A stretch of DNA of 64,000 bases, taken from contig NIVC01002371.1 of NCBI GenBank assembly GCA_002269645.1, forward strand, positions 62,001-126,000, read 5' to 3'. Below are positions 52,471-64,000 of this stretch, piece after piece (position 1 is the first letter of the stretch; every line of letters starts with the position of its first letter). Under the pieces are notes generated by a model. That model made no database searches, was not told the DNA's origin, and worked only from the letters and a program-made list of their open reading frames with translations. Source of the DNA: Macrostomum lignano. Taxonomy: Eukaryota. Made by a program: the position numbers and the translations under genes.

Positions 52471-54612
52471 ATGAACGAGAACGCCATTAACCAGCTGTCA
52501 CTCATTGCCGATTCGCACGGCGTCTATGCCGAAGATTTCGCCGACCAGCTCATGTCGAAGTACACGTCGCTCGGTCTGATGCTCACGGCCACCGTGCTGG
52601 CGATGCGGCAGTACATATTCAAGCCCATCCAGTGCTGGGTGCCGGCCGAGTGGCCCCGACCGTGGGAGGAGTACGCGGAGAACTACTGCTGGATTCAAAA
52701 CACTTACAATCTGGCATTTAGGGAGCCCGGATTTCCCGGACTGCAGGCTAGAGAGGAGGCGGAGATCAGTGAGTCATCCTGGATGTGTTTTGGATCTGAA
52801 TAGTCATATATTTCACAGACAGCTCATAGTCCACACCCTGTTACTTGCGAGAGGAGGCTACATGCGTTTGCTTTCACCTGATTTGAACCATAGACTATGC
52901 GTTTTAATCTTCTGAGCGAGTAGGTTTTACTTCTAGGTAGAGAGGGGTTGCTATTTTGTTCTCAAGAACTTTCCAGAAACCTAACTTTTGACAGATATCC
53001 AATAACCATAGCCCTCGTTGTGGATATATAAGCAATGAAATATTTGGAAGAACAACTCGACACTAAATTCTTGCATAGCCATTATTTTATTTGTGTTGCT
53101 ACTTAAATCAGACAACTCATTGCCCACAGTAGTATCAAGCTCTCTGGAAAAATATATACCAGCATTGCCACTTGGTTGTCTAGTTTTCCGGCCCGAGGGG
53201 CCACATGAGGCCCGCAAAAACTCTCTATCCGGCCCTTGGGTCCTTTAAAACTTCACAATAGCAACCCGGCCCGCTCAATGTTTAAATCTCTTCTCAGCGC
53301 TCTTCTCTCTAATCTCTCCTCTCTTCTTCTCTCTTCTCTCCTCTCTTCTCTTCTCTCCTCACTTCTCTCCTCTCTTCTCTCCTCTCTTCTCTCCTCTCTT
53401 CTCTCCTCTCTTCTTTCCTCTCTTCTCTTCTCTCCTCTCTTCTCTCCTCTCTTCTCTTCTCTCCTCTCTTCTCCTCTCCTTTCGTCTCCTTTCTTTTTCC
53501 TTTATCCCCTCGCCTCTCCTAGTTCTCCTATCTCCCTTCTTCCTTCTCTATTCCCTCTCCTCTCTCCCCTCCTCCCGCCCGCAGTCAGAAGCAAAAAAGA
53601 AGCGTTCTATTATAATTCCACTCTCCACTTTCCCAACCAAACCACATCTCCAGGCTACTTCCAGTGGGTTCCATTTCTGCTGTCGATTCAAGCACTCCTG
53701 GTGTTCCTGCCGCACCTGCTCTGGCGGGTGACCTCGGCGCGCAGCGGCGGAGAGCCGCATCGCATTGTGAAGCTGGCCAGCGAGCTGGCGAGCACCGGGA
53801 AACCGAAGAGGAAGCGGCGGAAAATGGCCGAATACCTGGCCAAGCAGCTGCGGAAGAGCATAGCGATTGCTGGCACAGTGACTGGTTCCCGATTGCCTTG
53901 CTGCGGAAGCAACCGTTGCGCCTGCTGGTTGTTCGTCTCCTACATTGTGAACAAATTTGTCTACGTGCTGAATGGCCTGGGCCAACTGTACCTGATGAAG
54001 ACTTACCTGGGCTACCAGGACTTACATTTCGGCTGGTCGTCAGTCAGCCACTTGTTGAACGAACGATATTGGCAGCAGACGGGCATTTTCCCTCGGGTGA
54101 CCTTCTGCGACATTCCAATCAAGCAGGTCGGGCAGTGGAACACCCGGTCGGTGCAGTGCGTCCTGCCCATGAACATGCTGAATGAGAAGATCTACATATT
54201 CCTGTGGTTCTGGATCGTGCTGTGCATGGCTCTGCAGGTTGTGTACTGCGTCTTTTGGATCGCCAGCATTGCGCCGCCAGCTCAGAGACTGAAATTTATG
54301 CGCTCTCTGGTCAGACTGGAGAGTCCTCACTCCGGCCTTGGACCGGCAGTTGACACCCCCAGCAAGCGGACTTTTATGCGCGACCATCTGCGACTCGACG
54401 GTGTCTTCATCCTGCAGATGGTGGCTGAGAAGTGCGGCAACCTGTGCGCGGCCAGAATCCTGGGGCCGATGATGCGCCATTATGAAGAGGGTGACAGCGG
54501 CCTGTCCGAGTGCGACATCACCGAGATTACGGACTATAGGGAACGGAGCAGCAGATGCACGCTGCCGATTCGAGAGAACGGCCGGATCGACAACGGATTT
54601 CATCATCAGTAG
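52471..54612 (+). CDS. Innexin (gap-junction protein), gene 1, 418 aa
   Basis: Exons 52471-52768 and 53654-54612 (phase 1). Motifs: PIQCW, YAENYCW, YFQWVP, FPRVTFCD, QCVLPMNMLNEKIYIFLWFW. Confidence 0.95.
53285..53580. repeat. CT-rich low-complexity repeat in the innexin 1 intron
   Basis: Repeated CTCTTCTCTC motifs. Confidence 0.85.
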
Positions 54613-55149
54613 AGTCGTTGGGGCAGCAAAGTTTAGAAATCTTTAGTTATTGTTTCATATAATGCACAGTCTTGCACAGAATCTGTACTGTATTAAGCAA
54701 ACAATAAATGCGTGGACATTACAGTGCCTGTACAGTTTGTTAGAGAACGAATACTGAAGTCTTTTTCAGCTAATTTGAGTCTTTTCCAGTTTTTTGCGCA
54801 GTTTTTCCCACTTTTTTGTTCCATACTGGCGCTGAATACTTTTTGAAAGTACATGGATATTTGAGCCGCAGGTGTTTTGTCATTTCTAATCTTTGGAGGT
54901 GCTTAAGTTGCACCCAAAGAAGTGCTTGGATTTAGTTGAAGCTCACGAACAGCAGCTGCTTCTCGGAGTTTCAGGTACTCAGGAACTGTAACAGAGCATC
55001 AAAAGTAGCAGGTGAGCAGGTTTAGGTGTTATTCCGATTGCGAATGCTGCAGGAATACTGTTTATTCAGATCATTATCCCTGCATCTGTTTTATATTTGT
55101 TGTAGAATTAGCTGCTCAAAAATAAAATAATAATTGGTTACACCTGCAA

Positions 55150-55381
55150 CGATTGGGCCAGATGTGCAACCGACAGCTCAGCCGCAGCTATTGCGCGGCG
55201 CATCTGAAGGCTGCGTACGGCTGTTCAGTCCAAGGACTGGGGGGTCGCCACACACCCTAAATTACCCCAGCTAATGCTGGCACCCATTTTACGGCTGAGT
55301 GAACTCAAGCAATGCAGAGTCTTGCTCAAGGACACAGATTGTTCAGAGTCGAAGTCCGACGCTCTAACCATTAGGCTACAA
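55150..55381 (-). mobile_element. tRNA-derived SINE with a CORE-like central domain
   Basis: The minus strand starts TGTAGCCTAATGGTTAGAGCG (A box), then GTGTCCTTGAGCAAG...GTAAAATGGG, resembling the SINE CORE/Meta domain. Confidence 0.55.
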
Positions 55382-55783
55382 CCCCTTCAAAAAGAAAGCA
55401 AATTCTATAAAAAGTCGAATAATAACAAAATGATATAATTATCGTGCAGATCATACAGTTGAATATTTATGATTTATACAGAAAATTTGAGCAAAAACTA
55501 CCAAATACACATCGCAGCAGCTGCACACACATGCAATGCTAAGGAAATTAAACATTTTGCAACGAGTAAGTTGGCTGCTGTTTCGAATTATGGTCTCACA
55601 ATCAATACTGAATCGCGTAGTAGTAACGGCAGAATTTTCAATCCTTTGAACAGCTGATCCAAAAAAACAAACAATTGGCAAAAATAGTTGAATAATCTTT
55701 TATGAAATTAGAACTATACCCGAGGGGTAAATAGCTGCTGCAGATTAAAATATAGAATTTTTAATTGAACTCCCGCTCGCACT

Positions 55784-58700
55784 TCAATAGTCATGCTTTG
55801 CTCGTCTTTGCGTTAAGCCGTCATGCCGATCAACTGCCGACGGTCCGTCAGACCCGTCGTTCAAGTCGTGACGCTCCCCCCTGCGGTCCTCTCGCCTCTG
55901 CTCTTTGTAGCGACTGTACAGATTGAAGATGATCTCTGTGACGCACATATTCCCGGCATTGTGCTCCATCAGGTTGAGCAGGAACAGGCCGTCCAAGGAC
56001 AGAAACACCCGGACAAAATCTTTCCTGAGCTGGTGCTCCTCCTCGTCCTTGGCCTTGTCAACTAGCAGGGCCAGTTTGTGCAGGTATTTCTTCACGAACT
56101 GCTGCCTAATTTTCGGCGTGAAAACCCGAACCAGCCACACAATGGTTGATATCACTGTCAGGCTGATGCAGAACACGGTCCAGAACCACAGGAAAATGTA
56201 CAGCTTCTCGTTGAGAATGTTCAGCGGCAGAACGCATTGGATAGACCGGGTGTTCCACTGGCCCAGGTGTTTGATTGGAATGTCGCAGAAGGTGACTCGC
56301 GGAAAGACCCGAGTCTGACGCCATTCCCGGCCGCGCACCAGGTCGACTGCGCAGGTCCAGCCGAAGTGCAGATCTTCAAAGCCGAGGAAACTTCGCATCA
56401 TGAACAGGTGGCCCAGGGCAGCGCACAGGTGTACCAGCTTGTTGATGAGGTACAGAAAGAAAAGTGCAAAGCCGGACTTTCTGCCGTACCAGAAGCACGG
56501 AAGCATGCCGTACAGGCATTCCAGCAAGTTCTTCGCTGCCTTGGACTTGTTCTGCCAGTTTTGCCTGGCCTCGTGCAGTCCCATGGCCTCCTCAATCTCC
56601 GTCACTAGATGCAACACCAGCCGGTGGCGGCGCCGCTCGTCCAGATCCACGGATTGTTTGGCCAGTCGCACCAGGCCGTTCGGGTCGAAGCCGCTGCGCT
56701 TCGATAGGAAATTCCAGATCACGTGAGGAATGTACACCAGCAGGCACTCCAGGGCCAGCACGAACGGCACCCATTGGTAGTAGTCTGGGGGTATGGCGGT
56801 TTGCTCTGGGTTACCAACTGATACCTGCCAGTCTAATCTTCCTATTGCTTCTTCACTCGATAAAAGTAACTAGAACTCCTTTTGCAGCTGTCATATCATA
56901 TTTTCATAGCAATCTGAAAAAAGCAAACTCGCCCAGTCGCTAACCGTCGCCTATTGAAACTAAACACTCTTTTTTTTCGAGTGCCCAGGGCGCGTGATCG
57001 ACCAACCACCCCTACCAGTCTCGTTTTTAGCAACCAAAATAATTTGGCGGGTGCGTTTTATCTGACTGTCTTACTCCAGAGCGCTATTTATGACTATATT
57101 CTTTTTTTCTGTCTCGCAGCTTCCAAACTCGGCACACTGGCCGCTCCAAGCTATCTAAGGTATCTAAGGTTCGACCCATACGATGAAAAATTTCATAGTC
57201 AGAGACTGCTCAAATAGGGTTCTGAGAGCACAGTCTCAACACACTGCCAGTGCTGCTACTGCTGTCGTATTTATTTGTCTTGAGACGGGGCGACCCCCAA
57301 CGGCTGCTGCCTCCACCTGCTTGGCAATTGTCTGTTGAGTCTCCCGCAGCGTCCTTGCCACGCGCGTGCAAAGAGAAATGAGCAGTCTCTATGCAGCACC
57401 CATTGCTGTCTATCCTCCGCTGCGGCTAAAGGTCTTGCCTATAGTTTGGCATAGTTGTAATTCCTTCTGTCTGTTGCGCCATACTTCTGGGGGCTGGCTG
57501 GGTGTAGCTGTCTTTTTTATACTAATCCTTTTGGACGCAGTGTACCGTTTTAACGCAATAATAAAACTAACGCAAACTAATCTCCAACTTCGATGACACT
57601 TCATGGTCAGTATATCGCATAGACACTCTATCAGGCAGATAGACAGGCAGATAGACAGGCAGATAGACAGGCAGATGGACAGGTAGATATACAGGCAGAT
57701 AGACAGGCAGATAGACAGGCAGATAGACAGGCAGATAGACAGGTAGATAGACAGGCAGATAGACAGGTAGATAGACAGGTAGATAGACAGGCAGATAGAC
57801 AGGCAGATAGACAGGCAGATAGACAGGCAGATAGACAGGCAGATAAACAGACAGATAGACAGGCAGATAGACAGGCAGATAGACAGGCAGATAGACAGGC
57901 AGATAGACAGACAGATAGACAGGCAGATAGACAGGCAGATAGACAGGTAGATAGACAGGCAGATAGACAGGCAGATAGACAGGTAGATAGACAGGCAGAT
58001 AGACAGGTAGATAGACAGGCAGATAGACAGGTAGATATACAGGCAGATAGACAGGCAGATAGACAGGCAGATAGACAGGCAGATAGACAGGCAGATAGAC
58101 AGGCAGATAGACAGGTAGATAGACAGGCAGATAGACAGGCAGATAGACAGGCAGATAGACAGGCAGATAGACAGGCAGATAGACAGGCAGATAGACAGGC
58201 AGATAGACAGGCAGATAGACAGGCAGATAGACATGTAGATAGACAGGCAGATAGACAGGCAGATAGACAGGCAGATAGACAGGCAGATAGACAGGCAGAT
58301 AGACAGGCAGATAGACAGGCAGATAGACAGGCAGATAGACAGGCAGATAGACAGGCAGATAGACTCACTGAGCTCCAGGCTGCTCCTCTCAGTAGGCGTG
58401 GGGAAGCTGGTGTTCAGGTAGGACACGTGGTAGTTGTTCTGCACCCAGCAGTAGTTCTCAGCGTACTCTTCCCAAGGATGAGGCCACTCGGGCGGGGTGT
58501 AACACTGAATCGGCTTGAACGCAAAGTCCCGCATCACTATGATGAAGGTGGCCGTGAGCAGCAGCGAGCTGCTCCACTTGTAGTTGACTTTGTCGGCGAG
58601 GTCTTCAGCAGCAACCAAGGAGCCGATGCGAAAGCCGGCGACGTTGTTGAGTATGGTGAACACGGACTCGTTCACCCCGGCCTCTTCGGCTGCAGGATGA

Positions 58701-59656
58701 GTACAGAAGTGCGGGAGTGCTATTGCGTTTGACAGTACTGTAACAGTCTCCTGACAGTACTCTAACAGCCTCGTGACAGTACTCTAACAGCCTCCTGACA
58801 GTACTCCAACAGCCTCCTGACAGTACTCTAACAGCCTCCTGACAGTATTCTAACAGCCTCCTGACAGTACTCTAACAGCCTCCTGACAGTACTCTAACAG
58901 CCTCGTGACAGTACTCTAACAGCCTCCTGACAGTACCCTAACAGCCTCCTGACAGTATTCTAACAGCCTCCTGACAGTACTCTAACAGCCTCCTGACAGT
59001 ACTCTAACAGCCTCGTGACAGTACTCTAACAGCCTCCTGACAGTACCCTAACAGCCTCCTGACAGTACTCCAACAGCCTCCTGACAGTACCCTAACAGCC
59101 TCCTGACAGTACTCTAACAGCCTCCTGACAGTACTCTAACAGCCTCCTGACAGTACTCTAACAGCCTCCTGACAGTACCCTAACAGCCTCCTGACAGTAC
59201 TCCAACAGCCTCCTGACAGTACCCTAACAGCCTCGTGACAGTACTCTAACAGCCTCCTGACAGTACTCTAACAGCCTCCTGACAGTACTCTAACAGCCTC
59301 GTGACAGTACTCTAACAGCCTCCTGACAGTACCCTAACAGCCTCCTGACAGTACTCTAACAGCCTCCTGACAGTACTCTAACAGCCTCCTGACAGTACTC
59401 TAACAGCCTCCTGACAGTACTCTAACAGCCTCGTGACAGTACTCTAACAGCCTCCTGACAGTACTCTAACAGCCTCCTGACAGTACTCTAACAGCCTCCT
59501 GACAGTACTCTAACAGCCTCCTGACAGTACTCTAACAGCCTCCTGACAGTACTCTAACAGCCTCCTGACAGTACTCTAACAGCCTCCTGACAGTACTCTA
59601 ACAGCCTCCAGACAGAATGAAATTCCTGATGCAATAGACTCACAGTCGTGGCCCAT
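55784..59656 (-). CDS. Innexin, gene 2, 444 aa, convergent with gene 1
   Basis: Exons 59656-59644 (ATG GGC CAC GAC T|GTGAGT), 58689-58369 and 56784-55784 total 1335 nt in frame. Motifs: PIQCY, YAENYCW, YYQWVP, FPRVTFCD, QCVLPLNILNEKLYIFLWFW. Confidence 0.9.
57632..58362. repeat. 12-bp minisatellite (AGACAGGCAGAT)n in an innexin 2 intron
   Basis: Read directly; begins right at the splice donor. Confidence 0.97.
58731..59612. repeat. 22-bp minisatellite (CCTCCTGACAGTACTCTAACAG)n, array 1
   Basis: Read directly; fills innexin 2 intron 1. Confidence 0.97.
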
Positions 59657-62600
59657 AGGTTTTTGGAGAAGATTAATTCAATATATATCACAAAGCAATT
59701 GTTAAATGGTGCAAATATTCTGTTTTACTTTGGGTTTTTATGCTACGGTTGATGCATTAAACTATAACTGTAATAGCTATATACACGAAATTTATACGAC
59801 TGCGAATGCATGTACATGACCTGTATATTTGCACAATATATGCACAGAGAGAGAAAGAGGGTTGGCAGATGAGAAAAGAAGAAAAAATTCTAACTTAGAG
59901 AAGAGAAAAACCCTAAAAGGTAAGAAAAAGCAATCGACCAAAGAAAAGCACACAATGAGCCACGCGCCACGAGTAGGTGGAGCATAAAACATCATTGTGT
60001 AGTTGGCTCATATTAATTTATATAATAGTAAACTCAGCTTCCAATAAGTATGCGCGAATAGAAGGATCATGAAGCATAAGCTGGGGAGGGAGTTGTACAA
60101 ATCGCGTACTCGAGATGAGCTGCGTACAGCACTGGCATGAGGGGCAGAACGGGAGACAGCCTCCTGACAGTACTCTAACAGCCTCCTGACAGTACTCTAA
60201 CAGCCTCGTGACAGTACTCTAACAGCCTCCTGACAGTACTCTAACAGCCTCCTGACAGTACCCTAACAGCCTCCTGACAGTACTACAACAGCCTCCTGAC
60301 AGTACTCTAACAGCCTCCAGACAGTACTCCAACAGCCTCGTGACAGTACTCTAAAAGCCTCCTGACAGTACTCTAACAGCCTCCAGACAGTACTCCAACA
60401 GCCTCGTGACAGTACTCTAACAGCCTCCTGACAGTACTCCAACAGCCTCCTGACAGTACCCTAACAGCCTCCTGACAGTACTACAACAGCCTCCTGACAG
60501 TACTCTAACAGCCTCCAGACAGTACTCCAACAGCCTCGTGACAGTACTCTAAAAGCCTCCTGACAGTACTCTAACAGCCTCCAGACAGTACTCCAACAGC
60601 CTCGTGACAGTATTCTAACAGCCTCCTGACAGTACTCCAACAGCCTCCTGACAGTACTCTAACAGCCTCCAGACAGTACTCCAACAGCCTCGTGACAGTA
60701 CTCTAACAGCCTCCTGACAGTACTCTAACAGCCTCCAGACAGTACTCCAACAGCCTCGTGACAGTACTCTAACAGCCTCCTGACAGTACTCCAACAGCCT
60801 CCTGACAGTACTCTAACAGCCTCCAGACAGTACTCCAACAGCCTCGTGACAGTACTCTAAAAGCCTCCTGACAGTACTCTAACAGCCTCCAGACAGTACT
60901 CCAACAGCCTCGTGACAGTACTCTAACAGCCTCCTGACAGTACTCCAACAGCCTCCTGACAGTACCCTAACAGCCTCGTGACAGTACTCTAACAGCCTCC
61001 TGACAGTACTCTAACAGCCTCGTGACAGTACTCTAACAGCCTCGTGACAGTACTCTAACAGCCTCCTGACAGTACCCTAACAGCCTCGTGACAGTACTCT
61101 AACAGCCTCCTGACAGTACTCTAAAAGCCTCCAGACAGTACTCCAACAGCCTCGTGACAGTACTCTAACAGCCTCCTGACAGTACTCCAACAGCCTCCTG
61201 ACAGTACCCTAACAGCCTCCTGACAGTACTACAACAGCCTCCTGACAGTACTCTAACAGCCTCCAGACAGTACTCCAACAGCCTCGTGACAGTACTCTAA
61301 AAGCCTCCTGACAGTACTCTAACAGCCTCCAGACAGTACTCCAACAGCCTCGTGACAGTATTCTAACAGCCTCCTGACAGTACTCCAACAGCCTCCTGAC
61401 AGTACTCTAACAGCCTCCAGACAGTACTCCAACAGCCTCGTGACAGTACTCTAACAGCCTCCTGACAGTACTCTAACAGCCTCCAGACAGTACTCCAACA
61501 GCCTCGTGACAGTACTCTAACAGCCTCCTGACAGTACTCCAACAGCCTCCTGACAGTACTCTAACAGCCTCCAGACAGTACTCCAACAGCCTCGTGACAG
61601 TACTCTAAAAGCCTCCTGACAGTACTCTAACAGCCTCCAGACAGTACTCCAACAGCCTCGTGACAGTACTCTAACAGCCTCCTGACAGTACTCCAACAGC
61701 CTCCTGACAGTACCCTAACAGCCTCGTGACAGTACTCTAACAGCCTCCTGACAGTACTCTAACAGCCTCGTGACAGTACTCTAACAGCCTCGTGACAGTA
61801 CTCTAACAGCCTCCTGACAGTACCCTAACAGCCTCGTGACAGTACTCTAACAGCCTCCTGACAGTACTCTAACAGCCTCGTGACAGTACTCTAACAGCCT
61901 CGTGACAGTACTCTAACAGCCTCGTGACAGTACTCTAACAGCCTCCTGACAGTACCCTAACAGCCTCGTGACAGTACTCTAACAGCCTCCTGACAGTACC
62001 CTAACAGCCTCGTGACAGTACTCTAACAGCCTCCTGACAGTACTCTAACAGCCTCCTGACAGTACTCTAACAGCCTCCAGACAGAATGAAATTCCTGATG
62101 CAATAGACTCACAGTCGTGACCCATAGGTTTTTGGAGAAGATTAATTCAATATATATCACAAAGCAATTGTTAATGGTGCAAATTTTCTGTTTCACTTTG
62201 GGTTTTTTTGCTACGGTTGATGCATAAAACTATAACTGTAATAGCTATATACACGAAATTTATACGGCTGCGAATGCATGTACATGACCTGTATATTTGC
62301 ACAATGTATGCACAGAGAGAAAGAGAGATGGCAGATGAGAAAAGAAGAAAAATTCTTAACTTAGAGAAGAGAAAAACCCTAAAAGGTAAGAAAAAGCAAG
62401 CGACCAAAGAAAAGCACACAATGAGCCACGCGCCACGAGTAGATGGAGCATAAAACACCATTGTGTAGCTGGCTCAGAAAATGCCTCTAGTTTGTATTTA
62501 TGAGCATTATAAACATATTAATTTATATAATAGTAAACTCAGCTTCCAATAAGTATGCGCGAATAGAAGGATCATGAAGCATAAGCTGGGGAGGAGGTTG

Positions 62601-62658
62601 TACAAATCGCGTACTCGAGATGAGCTGCGTACAGCACTGGCAGGGGCAGAACGGGAGA
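59600..62658 (-). other. Tandem duplication of the innexin 2 first exon and upstream region
   Basis: 59600-60157 closely matches 62070-62658 with scattered substitutions and a short indel; the second copy of the exon is ATGGGTCACGACT|GTGAGT at 62125-62113. Confidence 0.9.
60157..62082. repeat. 22-bp minisatellite, array 2, with higher-order variant patterns
   Basis: Same unit with recurring CCAG/CGTG/CCAA variants. Confidence 0.97.
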
Positions 62659-62793
62659 CACAAGCGGGGACGAAATGGGGGATATTTAAGCGAGTGCCCG
62701 CCCACAACGAGGAGTTGGCGAGAACGCTGCGCTGCTAGGGGAGTTACAAAAGTGCACGGACTGAATCCGAAAACAACAACACGGCGACCCCGC

Positions 62794-63192
62794 ATGGAGA
62801 GCCGATCTCATTACATTGCCACGCAGAGGCGTTTAAAATTTATTGTAAGAGCTTTTAATATTGCTGATCGAGATGATTGCGTCATGGTCTCAGCCGATGA
62901 AGACGAACTGTTTAAGCAGCATTGCCACACTGTAGACAGAATAGTGACAGCTCTGTGTCAGGCTGTAGACAGCAAACTGGATTTTGACTGTCCCTGCGGC
63001 AGTTTGACGTCCGCATTGCTCAGCATCTGCAGTCACCACATAGGCTTCCGCTGCTGTCAGAATGCTGTGGCAAAGTACGCGGCCACGAGTGACTTTTTTA
63101 GTTCGCTAGCGCAGCTCGACTGTGCCGCTGGAACGACTAAAAATTCGCCAGATTATAAAGACCTGGTAACTGGAACTGTCTTTCTTGTGTAA
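62794..63192 (+). CDS. Cys-rich 132-aa ORF of unknown function
   Basis: ATG at 62794 in a 190-codon open frame of non-repetitive sequence; no recognised domain. Confidence 0.35.
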   Translation: MESRSHYIATQRRLKFIVRAFNIADRDDCVMVSADEDELFKQHCHTVDRIVTALCQAVDSKLDFDCPCGSLTSALLSICSHHIGFRCCQNAVAKYAATSDFFSSLAQLDCAAGTTKNSPDYKDLVTGTVFLV

Positions 63193-63196
63193 TATA

Positions 63197-64000
63197 CTCA
63201 CTCACTCACTCACTCCCTCATGAACTCACTCATGAACTCACTCATAAACTCACTCATAAACTCACTTACTCACTCACTCACTCATGAACTCACTCATGAA
63301 CTCACTCATGAACTCACTCATGAACTCACTCATGAACTCACTCATGAACTCACTCATGAACTCACTCATGAACTCACTTACTCACTCACTCACTCATGAA
63401 CTCACTCATGAACTCACTCATGAACTCACTCATGAACTCACTTATGAACTCACTCATGAACTCACTCATGAACTCACTCATGAACTCACTCATGAACTCA
63501 CTCACTCATGAACTCACTCATGAACTCACTCATGAACTCACTCATGAACTCAATCATGAAATCACACATGAAATCACTCATGAACTCACTCATGAACTCA
63601 CTCATGAACTCACTCATGAAATCACTCATGAACTCACTCATGAACTCACTCATGAACTCACTCATGAACTCACTCATGAACTCACTCATGAACTCACTCA
63701 CTCATGAACTCACTCATGAAATCACTCATGAACTCACTCATGAACTCAATCATGAACTCACTTACTCACTCACTGATGAACTCACTCATGAACTCACTTA
63801 TTAACTCACTCATTAACTCACTCGTGAACTCACTTATGAGCTCACTCATTAACTCACTCATGAACTCACTTATGAGCTCACTCATTAACTCACTCATGAA
63901 CTCACTCATGATCTCACTCATGAACTCACTCATGAACTCACTCATGAACACACTCATGAACTCACTCATGAACTCACTCATGAACACACTCATGAACTCA
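63197..64000. repeat. 12-bp minisatellite (CTCATGAACTCA)n running off the window end
   Basis: Read directly. Confidence 0.97.

Noticed and set aside
58673-58675. GTG start for innexin 2 suggested by the ORF track
   Set aside because: An upstream acceptor at 58690 and an in-phase ATG exon at 59656-59644 explain it by normal splicing.
63284-63993. MNSL/THEL/MSEF repeat ORFs
   Set aside because: Translations of the 12-bp minisatellite.

Overview
This is a gene- and repeat-rich window from an invertebrate animal genome. It has innexins, GT-AG introns, GC-rich exons in AT-rich intergenic DNA and no prokaryotic features; a free-living flatworm such as Macrostomum is a plausible guess, not shown. 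Host genes read by eye, with exons joined manually: DPY30, an LRRC73-like gene, DUSP12/YVH1, a CK1-family pseudokinase, a CYP3-clan P450 and two convergent innexins. Mobile DNA: a full-length Ngaro-type tyrosine-recombinase retrotransposon (2778-7197, minus strand); an apparently intact 8.7-kb EnSpm/CMC DNA transposon (7824-16506; 35-bp TIRs, AA TSD) carrying a transposase, a hidden 5-exon BEN-like gene and a nested mariner; a Tc1-like remnant; two tRNA-derived SINEs; and many mini/microsatellites, mostly in introns. The most striking observation is not recovered intact by the ORF track: two paralogous two-exon genes (19265-19564 and 24080-24352, minus strand) encoding small secreted knottin (C-C-CC-C-C) peptides with a near-identical signal exon and a highly diverged mature region, a pattern typical of venom/defence peptide families. 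Other leads are an SRF/ETS/AP-1 immediate-early-type promoter with no evident ORF and a duplicated innexin first exon. All family assignments come from motif recognition; no database searches were run.
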